Part shown: positions 1-13,770 of the stretch, one piece after another
How the letters are laid out: each line of letters opens with the position of its first letter
Position numbering within the stretch: position 1 is the first letter of the stretch
Assembly: GCF_963676685.1 (NCBI RefSeq)
Contig: NC_092345.1
Span: 93,930,001 to 93,994,000 of the forward strand
Source: Mytilus edulis
Lineage: Eukaryota
Length of the DNA stretch: 64,000 nucleotides
Reading direction: 5' to 3'
Translations under genes and position numbers: made by a program
Notes under the pieces: generated by a model
Told to the model about the DNA's origin: nothing
The model's input: only the letters and a program-made list of their open reading frames with translations
Database searches by the model: none

Positions 1-3000
1 TCGAAATAAGTCACTGGACAGTGGTCAACACTGTATGTATCTAACTGATACACCTCATCGCTTTGTATACAACATACACAGATAGTTCGTATACAAGATA
101 AGGAAATGTCAAACATATTATTTTCTATCGACAAGTCTTAAGTTAACAATAAGTGCCCTTCGCCATCCTTGGCCTTGCAGCAATTACTTATATACGTTTA
201 ATGTTGCACACGATGTTTACTGACAACATCATTAATAGCTGAATCATTTCTTATATACGTAGATAAATAAACAGGTAAGACATTGAAATAATTCGCTATT
301 ATATATATTTTCTGTTTTTAATTGACTTTTAATCAACGCTTTCATTATTTCTGTGTACAGTATTTAATTTTTGTTCTCAGTTTAATATTAACCAAATTAT
401 GTGCGGTAAAGTACCAATCCACACCCTATTACTTACTTTCGTTACGCCTGTTATGTTTAATAATAGCATTTCGAGAACGCATATTCATTTTAATCTGCCT
501 TGTGGAATTGTGGACTTTAACAGTGCCACACTGCCTAACCAAAAGCCGGTAATAAGGAGTGTAAAGTCTTCACATTCTAAATGAATTCTGATGCTGACAT
601 CTAGAATCATGGGCACAAAAAAATGAAGACAAAAACAATGTCGGCAAATTCTTGCAGATATATGCACAGTAAAGCTGGCTAAAGTATTTATATTAATTTA
701 TTCTGTGGTAAATACAGAAAAGGAGAACTACGTTCTTAGTTTTTATTGTTGTATAATATCGAAATAAAAGAAAATATTATGACTACTTCATTTGTAGAGC
801 ATTGGGTATGCTATCGATGGGTATGCTATCGACTTAAGTATTTTCTTTAAAAATGAATTAACTCTGATTTGTTAAAATGTGTCTAAAAATTCAAGTTTTT
901 CGCCAAAATTGTCTAAGGGATTGATGACATGTAGGCATCTGTTCATATAGATTGATTGTTGATTGATCATAGAAAAAAATGTTATAATTCGGTACGTAAC
1001 AGTATTACAGAATTATGACTAGATTATTTGTATACGGATGATGATAGGTACATTATGATACATTTTTAAACCTTAAAGAAACCAGTGAACTTTTCTTTAG
1101 GGGACAATATTTATTGATGATAAATAACTTATGGCATGAACATTAATATCTGTCACAAAATAAACGCCCACTTATATAAACTACTGTACAACAATAATCG
1201 GTACAGGTATATGAAGCTGGCGATCCATTGATAGAGGTGTGGAGTGTCATTGGTTGTATTATCACCCAACGCGCGCACAGGCACTTGTCTCAGACATTTT
1301 TGTTCCTATATTCCATGATATATTATAACACGTGTTATATTAAGGTATAAAAAGGGGGGGGGGGGGGTGTGAGACAAGAGCATGTGAATACATACCAATC
1401 AATAATACAATTGTACGTTCTATTTTGTTCAGTTTTTATATCGTGTTTTTTTTTAAACAAAATTCTATCCAACAATTATTATACAATAGCAATACACAGA
1501 TCCTTCGGGAAAATGTACTCATATAATTCCGTCTCTCTCTTGTATTGTTAAATATCCATCAAACCAGGGTCATAGGTAAAAGATAAAAGTTCAAACATTT
1601 TGAAAGATGCCAGCATCAAATATTTGTTTTCTAACTTGAAGAAAAGAAACATGCATTCATATTCAATAGGGTGCAGTTATTACTAATCGAATGCCTTTTA
1701 TATTTTTCTGAAAACAGTTAAATTATAACCAAGGTATGAGTAATCGTAGCTAATCATATACTAGTATAAAGCAAAATTTATAAATGCTTCACAGAAACTG
1801 GTTTTCTCTATTGTCTATAATACAAAGAACTCGGACTCATGCAATAAGTATCAGATTTAAATTTATATTTTCGGTATCAAAAAGAACAAATCATGTATAT
1901 ATAAGTCTTTAAAATTCTGACAACAGGGAAATTGGAAAAAAATTTAAAAAAAAGGTTAGAATAGAGGCAGCTTCCTGTGTTGTGCTTGTACTAGTAAACA
2001 TTTTTATCAAGTGTTTCACATTGTTTTCAGTAACTTTTAGTTTTGAAATGAACAACGAACAAAAGGCGCTTAATTCGAACAAGTGTTTTGTATTTTTTTC
2101 AACAGGAAGTTTCTCACTCTTTGTTTTGTAGAAGCATTAGCTACGAGATATGAGGTATTCATGTTGTGACCTTCAATTTAACCCCTTATCTAGAGATATT
2201 ACGCATAAATAAGCGTGTTCATTTATTAAAAGGAAAAGAATGAAAGTGAAACAAGGGTATACCAATTGATTAACTGATTCGATCCACAAAAAAACTCATT
2301 CTTATACAGTTAAAACCGACGATTACCTATAATATGTAATCAAACTGCATGAGTACGCGATCTCTTTATATCTTTAGTAATGTGTATGTCGGGTTATATG
2401 GCAGTCTTTGGAGGTCACCTCGATTGTTTATAAGATGGCGTCAGACTAAAATACACACGAAACGATGATTTATATTATCGAGCCCATGCATTGTTAATTG
2501 TTTATTTTCGACTTTTTATAATTTAAATATACGTTTTAGTATGTAAATATAAAATATCAGCATTTGAGGTATATCAGTGAACACTAATTTGACAGCTTAT
2601 GCCCTTTATCTGCATGTACCTCTGTTTTCTCGTTTTTGAATCAAAACGAATTAATAGTACACGTAATCATATACCATGGGGTTGATATCTTTTTGCTTTG
2701 AAATAACTTTTAGTAACTACAGTACCCTAAAATTAAAGTGTATATATCGTGTCCTTTTGTATTTGTGCTCAGTACCGATAATATGAAATATTAAAGCCAG
2801 CTGATCTTTACACTAATTATAACCCAAATAATCCAGTCGTTATATTCCGACTCATTATCGATCGCTACATTAAGAGGGGACACTGACCGATACACTGAAT
2901 CATTCGAGCTACAATTGCGTCTTATGATGTGCTATAACCCAACTTTGTCAAGTTAACGGATTATTCGGCGTTCACAAACACAGCCAAATTCTTTTTATGC

Positions 3001-3029
3001 CTGTTCAAAACAATAAATAAAGTTTTTTT

Positions 3030-3600
3030 TATAAGTCAGGCCGTTGGTCCTCTTCTCTTTCATTGTTTCACTTTTTTGTACCTTTAATAGCATACCACAA
3101 TTCATATGTGTTAGCTATTGTTGAAGGTCTTATGGCGATCTGTGGTTTTTTACATCCACGTCGTTTAGTCTCTTGTGGAAGATTTTTTTCTCGTTGGCAG
3201 TCATACCACATTTCCCTAATTTAAATATCTGAAGCAGAAAGTGTATTAATCTCAAGTGAAAACATTGGTAAGGTCCATTTAGAACTATTCAAATCTATAC
3301 TTTAGCTTAACATTCCCAATGAAAATTCTTTCATGTACCTCTTCATAAATATAAAAATAATAAAATGTGGTATGAGTGTCAATGATACAACTCTCCACCG
3401 GAGACCAAAAGACACAGTCGAAGTTAACAACTATAAGTCATCGTAAAAATCCTCAAAACGATAAATGCAGAACTTTTCAAACTAGAAAACTAACGGTCTG
3501 ATTTATAAACTTAAAAACAAAACAATAAACGTTAGCAAAATATGATAAACACCAACAAACGACAACCAATGAATTACAAACTACTGACTTGGGACAATCA
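3030..3600. repeat. Two oppositely oriented copies of an abundant SINE-like interspersed repeat
   Basis: About 3030-3215 ends ...ttggcagtcataccacat; about 3355-3600 is its reverse complement (atgtggtatgagtgtcaatgatacaactctccac...ctgacttgggaca). The family recurs near 12091-12670, 22720-22855, 44640-44865, 46560-46690, 47450-47575 and 59190-59370. Confidence 0.7.
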
Positions 3601-3897
3601 CATAAGTTCGACAGAAAAGACGAAGCGGTTGCATGATCGAATTGCACTTGCGATGTGCAGAACTAGCCAAACGGGGAGAAAGCTATAGATTAATGATTTT
3701 AAAATAGTCTGGTTTTGGGCATTTATATCAACATGAATACAGCAGGTAGCTTACATCCGAATTAAATAAGTATATTTTTCGTTCCTTATATCCATGGAAA
3801 TACTCATACGACAGAAATGTTTTAAGAAATTAGGTCTCCTAACATACTAGTAAAAACTCTATAACAGATTTTGAATTGAATATATACTTATAGAACA

Positions 3898-4587
3898 ATG
3901 TCATATGGTCCACCTCCTTACAATCCAAACTACGGCTGTCCCGGATATGGTCCTCCACAGCCATCCTATCCGTATGGACAAGGCGGACACGGCGGCGGAT
4001 ACCCACAGCAACCGTATCCTCAACCATGTTATGCACAACAACCACAAACGTAAGTTACGATATGAATTAGCACATATTAATCATATGCAAAAGCATTTGT
4101 TTTGGAATTCTACCTAACCTAGGCAAAGAAGATTATTCAAAGTACCAACATGATTTTTACATACAGATTACATTTTGGTTGACCATACTCATTACTGTAT
4201 CATATGTCCCTGAAACAATAAAGAAACACATCTCACGTAGCCAATATCCCAACAGTGTTCGGGCAGCAGAAACATTCTGTATGTACCCCGCTATTACATA
4301 TCATCATCCATGCCGGTCTCTCTATACAGGGAAATTTTTTTTTATAAAAAAGAAAAAAAGAAAAAAGAGAGAGCAAAGTATTTGTCTATAAATTTCAGTT
4401 GGTAAATGACAATCTCTGCATATCGTTTATATGAGACATACTGGACATGCTTTTAGTTATGTTAACTTGCTTATTTTACAGAGTAGTGGTCCATGACAGG
4501 GATAAGAAGAAAGATGGCTGTCAATCATGTCTGTATGCTTTACTGGCCGTTCTTTGCTGTTGTTGTGTCTGTGATATGTTAGACTGA
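3898..4587 (+). CDS. Cysteine-rich transmembrane module (CYSTM)-family protein, paralog A, 85 aa, 2 coding exons
   Basis: Exons 3898-4049 and 4482-4587, GT..AG, phase 2. Translation MSYGPPPYNPNYGCPGYGPPQPSYPYGQGG...QQPQT-VVVHDRDKKKDGCQSCLYALLAVLCCCCVCDMLD*: P/Q/Y/G-rich N-terminus plus a C-terminal CL..LLA.LCCCC tail typical of CYSTM1-like tail-anchored proteins. Acceptor at 3892-3893; likely 5'UTR-exon donor AAG|GTATGAGT near 1733; AATAAA at 4898-4903. Confidence 0.9.
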
Positions 4588-6311
4588 TGTAAAATCATTT
4601 GTAATCAGATACTTTAAGTTATTTAAGAATATTGTTATAATTTTACACGGATAATACTTGAACTTTTTTATTCAGAGTATTTCGCTGTGGATGAGTCTTT
4701 CTTGAAAATATGATTACAAGCAAGAAGTTTAAAATACGTTTATTATATCAGTAGTTATATTGATATGAATTTAATTTAAATTCGGACTAAGACTACCTTA
4801 AATAGAGGCTTTCTTCGTGTACCACACAGAGCCGATAAATGACAACACTATGTCTGCTTACTGTTATTTTGGTATGATGGATATTTGTTTCATTATGAAT
4901 AAAACTGTATTGTATTGTATGGCTTTGTTCTCCACTTGAATGTTGCCACAAAACCGTCCTCTTTCAACAAGCATCAAAGAAAATAACCGGATATTGTTTG
5001 GTAACCGTTTCGACTCTCTTGTTTTCAGCTGTCATATAAAATTGACCATGATAATCAAAATAATTATCAAACAATTCTTCTGATTCTTACCTAGAACATG
5101 CTATTTTGAATTGCCTTCCAAATTTTAAATTGTCAAGAATAAGATGAAGTTCTGTGTGCAGTAAAAGAACCTTCAAGGTTGTTTGGTCAAAAGGTCAAGA
5201 TTAACATCAACAAGAAACTTTGCTTTATAAAAACTTTTAAATCATACTTCCCATCTTTATCTAAATGTTTATTTTTCCACAGTGGTCAAATCAAGTCTCG
5301 ACTAATGCACATCTAGTGCATGCTGACATACTCGTTCGCATTTGATTTACTACTTGGTATACTTGCAATTACATTTGTTCATTTACTAAAGCTCAGGGTG
5401 ACCTGATGACATAAAGATATTCACTTCCACGCACTTTGTTCGACATTTGTATTCACGAAAGCCTGACTTCCTTTTCGAACACCCTTCTGCTGGCAAATAA
5501 GCATAGACATACACAAAGGCAAACAGAATTATAAAAATAAGATGGAATTTTATTTCACGATCTCTAACAAAATGAATTAATCAATTAAAATAAACAAAAT
5601 GTAAAACTTAAAAAAATATCAACAAATCTTAAACATAAAACAATGACTAAAAATAAATGATAAATTGGGAAATGTTACTTTATTTTGATCTGCTATAATT
5701 TTGAATTGGAATAAAAAAGATTTCAAGAAGACACCTTTTTATTCCTTGAAATATAAAACGTAAATCATTATAAATCTATCGAAAATATCTTTCTTACTGT
5801 TGATAAAAAGGCCCTGGCAAAAAATGCCTCATTTTGAGATCTTGTCATAGTATTTATTAAAAGGTTTAATTTCTACATTCATCCATGAAATTATCAAGAT
5901 ATGTATTTGGAAATACTTATTTAAAAAAAAATCTTTTATATAATATATAGGGGGAAAACAATAGCTTCATTGTTTGTCTGTTTATCAGTTTTTTTATCAT
6001 TATATTGTCAAAATCGTATTGTTTTAGTTAAAAGGAAATCCTTTCATAACGTTTTCACAGTGACAACAGTTATTTAGATAAAATATTACATAACTTAAAT
6101 TATAGAATAGAATGAAAAATCACCTATGAAAAATATCGAGCTTTTCGTGAAATGGTTGTAAAAAAGCTAAATTAGATCTAGTTTTCCTGTAATCTTTTTA
6201 CACATTTGATTCGAATAACACCAAAAATAAACCATTAAATCAAGGAATATATACATCATCTATAGCAAAATAAAATAAAGGATATTTCGGTTTAATTTGT
6301 CCGCATATATA

Positions 6312-7651
6312 TGTCGTGTACAAGTTGCAATTTTGTACAGGTTATAACATGTACAAAAATATTGTACATGTTATAACTTGTATAATGCAAAACTACAAGT
6401 TATAACATGTACAAAAGTACCTCATACATGTTACAACCTGTACAAAATATTGCTTAAAAATGGTTTTAACTTGTACAAAATCGAAAAATAAGGATATTTT
6501 TCTATTATCGCAACAGATGATATTGACCTCAACAACATTTTCATAACTTATTTATTATTCCTTCATGTTAGTGTGTTTTTTTCCTTTTTTGAGACAGTTA
6601 ATGTCCAGGGGTCGGTATTACAAAGCATTCCTAAGACCTGTCATAAGATATATCTTAGGACATGTCTTATGATTCTCTTATGACTATTTATGGACATATC
6701 TTTATTTGATGAATTATAATTGTGAGTGTCCACTTTGAAGGCAATAGTAAAATACTTTCATTCTAGTTGACACTAAAAGACATAAGAGGATAGCCAGAAT
6801 AGATGTGTCTACAAATAAAATTGGGAATTGAAACGGGGTATGTGTCTAAAAGACAACAACCCGCCCATGGAGCAGACAACATCCAAAGGCCACAAATAAA
6901 TGCTTTCAAAGTAGAGGATATATATTTAAAACATCAAAATGACATTTGCCTCATGCCATGATCTTATAGTTTATAAACAAAAATTGAGTTATAAATTTAC
7001 ATAAGTCATGCTGAAGGCCAAAAATGTTGAAGAGTAGATCCAAAGATATTGATAATGAAGCGTGGTCCTATGAAAACTATTTCCTCTCTCTCTTGCTTTT
7101 ACATGGTAAGCATGTAAGACATTGTTTTAGTCTTTGCATGCTATAAAATTGAGAGGGAGGAGTGTTTCCCAAAATTATTAGGAATCGTTCTTAAACTTTT
7201 TTGGAAGAATTAATTACTAGTATCTAATGTAATTGTCATTGAGGAATGCAAGCTTTTAGTAAATAGTTTCACACTTATTTAAGCCATAATGGGTATAAAA
7301 CATACAATTACACGAAAATATATTTTGCCAACATAAGTCATGAAACATATATTTCTGAAACTTTTTGATCATTGTCCTCTAAAGAAAAAGACATGTTCTG
7401 GCCTATTTATTGTTGTTCTTTATGCATGTTATGCATTGGTGAATTTAAATGTATATTTTACTTCATTAAGATTTATCTTAAATTTTGTACAAGTTAAAAC
7501 CATTTTTAAGCAATATTTTGTACAGGTTATAACATGTATGAGGTACTTTTGTACATGTTATAACTTGTATTTTTGCATTATACAAGTTATAACATGTACA
7601 ATATTTTTGTACATGTTATAACCTGTACAAAATCGCAACTTGTACACGACA
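6312..7651. mobile_element. Non-autonomous TIR DNA transposon (~1.34 kb), TGT..ACA termini, possibly Ginger-like
   Basis: About 170-bp near-perfect inverted repeats (6312-6481 vs 7483-7651) built from tgtacaagttataacatgtaca-like subrepeats. TATA on both sides (6308-6311, 7652-7655) within a TA microsatellite. No transposase ORF. Superfamily is tentative. Confidence 0.8.
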
Positions 7652-8305
7652 TATATATACATTATTTGTAATTTGTACACGTTTACATAAGTTTTGAGTT
7701 ATCACATCTACGTCTTGTATAAAAAAAATAATTCCCTAAAAAGAAAATGGTTCTAAAATCTAAGAACTTTAAAGTAAAAACAAGCATGCTTTAATGAAAT
7801 GCAACACATCATAATGGATTTCGTATAGATATAGAATCGTGTATATATATTTTTTTACTACGCTGGTATTAGTTTGTCATTAAAAGTCAAAACTATTCAA
7901 AACTATTTGGTAGGAATTACGCATTGAATAATAGTCATGTATATTCAATAAAAGTATCTTTTTGTATGTATTTCGAAATATACATATAATTTTAAATCTA
8001 ACACATTAAAAACATACAGTTTTGAATTTTCTGTCCAAATCAAATTACACTTCAACCTTGTGAGCTCTATTGTATGACAAATAAATTAAAATACATATAT
8101 ACATATTGTATCTGTGTGAGTCTCTCATTTTCATTATAACAACAACAGAAAAATTGTACGAGCTTGAGCAAAGACTATATAAGAAACTTTCGTCAGATCG
8201 TTCGATATAATACCACTTTTCATTTTATAAACACAAACAGATCTTGTTGCCATTTATAATTATAACAATATGAGATGATTGGTGGACGAAGTTAGTGAAA
8301 TCTTC

Positions 8306-9356
8306 TCAGAAATCCGAACACAGACAGCAACAACACAACGCAGCTAGTAACACATATAGACATGTATCGTCACTCTTGTCTCGTCTTTCATGGACCACAA
8401 CCCTACAACAATGTCAAAACAGAAAACATGTCAAGCAGAAGTAGGAATGAAGCTTGATTAATTTATAAAACATTTGTTATCACAATTCATATTGTAGATT
8501 AAACCATTTAAAAATTCATTCAAAAATTTACTGGCTTATAAGTTTATTTCATTGTATGTAAACTTGTTACAACTTTTACTAAAAAGTTGAAACAGTGAAC
8601 TGATTGCTTAATATAATTTCACGAATGGGTTGTGTAATTTTAAGTAACCACAGTAGTGTACCGACGCTCTAACTCCGAAAGAAGCGAGACCGGATATATA
8701 ACTGTTTTTAAATGAAAAATAGCCATTTTATATAAAGACAGTGATGTTTTTCGTCAATTTTTTGGTGCTCTCTCTGCATATGTTCACCTATTGTGAAGTA
8801 ATATGTAGAATAATAAAACTAATCAAGCATTATTTTTCGATTTTCAGTTATATCAACGAGTTAAAGTTGTATGCAAAATTTTAGCAAAATCTGTGAAATA
8901 GCCCATCTAACTTGACCTTTAAATAAACTTAGTGAATACTTGCAGTTTTTGATGGGTTTTGTGTTGCTTAGTTTTCTATGTTGTGTCTCGTGTGCAATTG
9001 TCTGTTTGTGTTTCTTTTCTAGTCATATAGCGTTGTCAGTTTGTTTTTTATCTATCATTTTGGATACCCCTCTTGTATCTTTCGCCCCTCTTATAACACT
9101 GTTTGGTTCGAAGTATTTAATATACTTACGGTTGTTGGTTATATACAACGGTTGCATTTTGTTGTTGTCCATATTGTTGAGGATATCCTCCTCCCTGTCC
9201 ATATGGAAACTGTTGTGGTTGTTGTTGATGATGCTGTTGTGGATACTGTTGTGGATGTTGCTGTGGATAAGCTTGTTGGTTTGGTGGATACTGTGGATAT
9301 CCAGGTTGTTGTGTTGTTGGGGAATAAGGAGGCGGTGGTGCTGATGGGTAAGACAT
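8306..9356 (-). CDS. CYSTM-family protein, paralog B, 107 aa, 2 coding exons
   Basis: Exons 9356-9130 and 8402-8306, GT..AG, phase 2 (same intron position as paralog A). MSYPSAPPPPYSPTTQQPGYPQ...NQQP-VVVHERRDKSDDTCLYVLLAALCCCCLCSDF*. Acceptor at 9362-9361; candidate upstream UTR-exon donor GTATGAGT near 9853. Confidence 0.9.
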
Positions 9357-9444
9357 ATTACTGTAAAATAAAAATAAAAATGATAATATATATGTTAATT
9401 GACATTTAGTCTTGTTTGATAAAAACTCCGATGATTAGTTTACC

Positions 9445-9566
9445 CTACAGACAAGTTAAATATAAGATATGTAAGCATTAAGGAGCCAACCATGCAGTCC
9501 TTTCTCTACAGACAAGTTAAATATAAGATATGTAAGCATTAAGAAGCCAACCATGCAGTCCTTGCT
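9445..9566. repeat. 61-bp tandem duplication upstream of the first coding exon of CYSTM paralog B
   Basis: ctacagacaagttaaatataagatatgtaagcattaag(g/a)agccaaccatgcagtcctt starts at 9445 and again at 9506. Confidence 0.9.
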
Positions 9567-10707
9567 CTTATTGTTAAAATGTTGAGTACGTAGCGGAGAA
9601 ATAACTTATACCCAATGGCCAGTCTTTAGACTTTCTATTGAACCTACATAATGTAATTGTTGAACCAATGAGATGAGTACGTTACTACATTTATCAGCAA
9701 ATAAAGACATTACTTTATACGTATACTTTGAGAGAGTGCTATGATTTCTTCTTTTCGCTGAAAAAGGGCACAGACATGATAGTTTTAGCCCTTTTAGATC
9801 TATCTATATATATATATATATAATATACAATTTCTTATATAAAATACTCATACGTACTCTATTGACTTTCTTGTTAATAGCACGTTCAAAGTAAACACAA
9901 AATATATTAAGAACTATAAATGCTGAAAATGTTGCTTATATGTAGCGTACATTTATTAAAGAGATATACATTTATAGCTATTTTTATATCATATTCACCA
10001 TTCTCTGATACAAGCATGAAACTTCAATGTACATCACTTCGAAACAGTGTATACCTTAAAACAAACGTTCAGAGTACGACCAAACTGTAAAATCTAACAA
10101 GACGAACGAGTTCGATGTGGCAATTTCAGGTTGTCTAAAATTTTGTTTATTTTCATTTTCACCGTCAATTCATGCTTAAAAATGGTCGAATTTGTAATAC
10201 TCATTCTTTGTGCTTTTTCGACAGTTTTTGGTTATATGAAAGAACAATGTCTGTCTACTAATGACATTAAGGCCTAGTACACTAAACTCAAAATATCCCA
10301 AAACAATACGGCAAGGGCTCCACAAGGTCATTTAAAAAAAAAAGTTGGATTTAGCAAAGCATATATAGTTATCTTATTTTCATATCTATTACTAAGTTAT
10401 ATTTTTTTTAGGAAATTGTCTACTCTTACCTCATTTGTTTAAAAAAAGAAAAGAAGATACTTTTGAATTATCCTTTTTATAACGAATACATAAATTAAAC
10501 ATGAAACCATATGAATGTCACTGCTAAAAATAAATTTCTGGTTATTGGTTTGTGTGTTGACCTGCAACCAAAGAATAGTTTTAAAATAATAATTAGAGTC
10601 TTACACCAACTATTACAACAAATGACAACTCTGGTTTTTTCGGTATATAATTCAATAATTTCAGCATGTAATACTATGGAACGCCACGACTGCCTTATGT
10701 TAATAAT

Positions 10708-10970
10708 CAGCATTATACGCAGTGTTCACAGCATTATATGAAGTGATCACAGCATTATATGTAGTGCTCACAACATTATATGAAGTGATCACAGCATTAT
10801 ATGCAGTGCTCACAGCATTATATGCAGTGTTCACAACATTATACGAAGTGCTCACAACATTATATGAAGTGCTCACAACATTATATGAAGTGCTCACAAC
10901 ATTATATTAAGTGCTCACAACATTATATTAAGTGCTCACAACATTATATTAAGTGTTCACAACATTATAC
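10708..10970. repeat. 21-bp minisatellite inside the left TIR (~12.5 units)
   Basis: Unit ca(g/a)cattatatgaagtgctca with variants; explains the spurious repetitive ORFs at 10700-10986. Confidence 0.92.
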
Positions 10971-11287
10971 GTTTTTTGTTGTATGATGAGATTGATGTAT
11001 GATGAGATTTATGAATGATGGGATCATTCGGTAAACTTCGTTTTTTAGCGGAAATTACCGAATCCATAATTGGTAAATTACGGTAAATTAATGCCCAGCA
11101 ATCAAATTTAAACAGTTATTATTATATATGTGATCATTAAGGCAGTATACAATATTTAAAACGGATTGAAATAAGTAAATTAAGAAGTATGATCAATTTA
11201 ACCCAAGTTTATTCCACACCAGGGCATTTTAAACTTATTTTGAGGATTAGTTTCACCATATTCACAACTTAATATGTATATATATTT

Positions 11288-11962
11288 ACTAGAACACATC
11301 CGTGATATCGCGGGTCTGTGACTGAATTAAAGAATATGCGTAAGCCTTATTTTAGTATTGGTATTGTCATCTGATAAAGTCATGCCGATTATAAGATGAA
11401 GTTTTCTCTGCTTTTAACATCTTTCTGTTTGAACCCGTCGACCTGGAACTTGTCAATTTAATATTGGTATTATTGATTTTTTTTGGAAAACAAAAGTCTC
11501 TGGAAAGGAGTATTTTTTAATCAACAGTTTTGTCCTTTATGAGTTATGAATAAAATTGAATCTTTGATTCGCTGTTTTACGTCTAACAAATTGAAAACTG
11601 TACATGCTGTACCTATACGCCTTATTTTAAGTCCAGATTTTTATTATTCGTATTGTCATCTTAGAAAGTCATACTGATTAAAGTACTACAATCGGGAACA
11701 ATGTGACAATGATTGAATTAAGTAGTTTCAACCCTGTGATTACGACTCGTGTATATAGCAAAATCTTAAATACAGCGTTTCGTGGTACTCCTGTCAGATG
11801 CGGAACGTACAGATAATGTAATAGTTAACAGGTGAATATATTATTGGTATCGATTCGACCCGGAACTTCTTAATTATTGGCAATATTAATTATGTGGAAA
11901 ACAAAAGGGTCTGGAGTGATGTTATTTTTAATCAACAGCATGGTACTATATTAGTTATATAT
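11288..11962 (-). mobile_element. Helitron-like non-autonomous element nested in the IS3EU-like element
   Basis: Left end ACTAG (CTAG|T 3' terminus on minus) followed a few nt later by the hairpin ccgtgatatcgcgg. Internal degenerate repeats (gaaaacaaaag..tctgga..tattttt near 11487 and 11897). The 5' end is not clearly defined. Confidence 0.5.
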
Positions 11963-12090
11963 ACTCTCAGATCAGTACTTATAGTGTCTTTTTATTGTTG
12001 GGATATACAAGTACCCGCCCACATGCACGTTCACTCTATTTTCTTGTTAGATCATATGTATTTATATTTGTACCCATCTAATGAGTTAAT

Positions 12091-12670
12091 ATAAAAAAGA
12101 AGATGTGGTATGATTGCCAATGAGACAACTATCCACAAAATACCAAAATGACACAAACATTAACAACTATAGGTCACTGTACGGCCTTCAACAATGAGCA
12201 AAGCCCATACCGCATAGTCAGCTATAAAAGGCCCCGATACGACCATGTAAAACAATTCAAACGAGAAAACTAACAAGCCTTTTACAACTGATTTTCATAG
12301 TTCGTTCTTATGCTGTTCTGTTACGCCACTGTCCCAGGTTAGAGGGAGGATACCAACATCCCGCTAACATGTTAAAACCCGCCACATTTTGCATATATGT
12401 GGCCGTCCCAAGTCAGGAGGAGCCTTTATTTCAGTGGTTGTCGTTTGTTAATTAATGTGTTATATACATGTTAGTTTTTCGATCGTTTGTTTGTATATAA
12501 ATTAGGAATATTTTTCGTTTATCATTTCGGGCCTTTCTATAGCTGACTATCCGGTATGGGCTTTCCTCATTGTTGAAGGTCGTACTGTGGCCGTTTAGCT
12601 GTTTAAAATTTCTGTGATGTCATTTTGTCTCTTGTGGAAAGTTGTTTCATTGGCAAGCATACCACTTTTA
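12091..12670. repeat. Inverted pair of SINE-like repeat copies (one with a Deu/Nin-like core)
   Basis: 12091-12280 (aagatgtggtatgattgccaatgagacaac...) is the reverse complement of the 3' part of 12280-12670, which contains cccgccacat...gtcccaagtcaggag. The Nin-domain label is from memory and tentative. Confidence 0.65.
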
Positions 12671-13528
12671 TATATATACATGTATGTACCGTGCAAACTG
12701 ACGAACAAACGTAGTAAATGTTTTATTCATCCCCACAAACTCAATTTTCATAAGAGATGATAACTTTAAATGAAAATGTTAAACAGGGTCTTGAAAGGGT
12801 AAATCTTTCTATGAAAGTGTAAATTTCTATGAAAGTGTAAATTTCTATATAAGACTGCTGATCATATTTAGAAGACAATCTTAGTACTTGCCGTGCTAAA
12901 AAGCTTGTAAAAAAATGGAATAATTGATGTAAAGTTATGTTTAACACCTACAGTGAAATGCTTTAAACTGCATTTTCCATATCTGTTAGATACTTATTCA
13001 TGTAAAAATGCCAAATTCTGAAAATCGATGCCAAAAATGACTCTATCATGACATATATAAGCTAGCGTAATATGGCACCTATGTGTTATAGAAAGCTGAC
13101 TGTTTTATTTAAAAGGTAATTAAGCTTTTTAAAACTGAGTACGGACTATAAAGTGGCACCTTGCTAAATTTCTTCAGTAGGAAATGAACTCGAGAATATA
13201 TCAAACAAATTTTCCTACGATATTTCATTAAATAAACTTTTTATTATTTAACTTACATTTTGCCATTCGTATTTCTTACGACGAACAGAACTACTTCAAT
13301 CATTCACCTCTCAGTTTCATCTTTTCCTTACTTATTTCAATCAGTTTTAAATATTGTATGCTACCTTATGATAACATGATTTTAATAACTTTTTAAATTT
13401 GTTTGCTGGGCATTACCGTAATTTACCAATTATGGCTTCGGTAATTTCCGCTAAAAAACGAAGTTTACCGAATGATCTCATCATTCATAAATCTCATCAT
13501 ACATCAATCTCATCATACAACAAAAAAC

Positions 13529-13770
13529 GTATAATGTTGTGAACACTTAATATAATGTTGTGAGCACTTAATATAATGTTGTGAGCACTTAATATAATGT
13601 TGTGAGCACTTCATATAATGTTGTGAGCACTTCATATAATGTTGTGAACACTGCATATAATGCTGTGAGCACTGCATATAATGCTGTGATCACTTCATAT
13701 AATGTTGTGAGCACTACATATAATGCTGTGATCACTTCATATAATGCTGTGAACACTGCGTATAATGCTG
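13529..13770. repeat. 21-bp minisatellite inside the right TIR (~11.5 units, inverted)
   Basis: Reverse complement of the 10708-10970 array, exactly one unit shorter. Confidence 0.92.

Noticed and set aside
8940-9409. Hydrophobic 134-aa and 122-aa ORFs on the + strand
   Set aside because: Antisense shadows of the Gln-rich CYSTM exon plus a repeat.
10708-10970. Regular short repeats as a CRISPR array or repeat protein
   Set aside because: Head-to-tail 21-mers with no unique spacers, mirrored in a transposon TIR, eukaryotic context, no cas genes.
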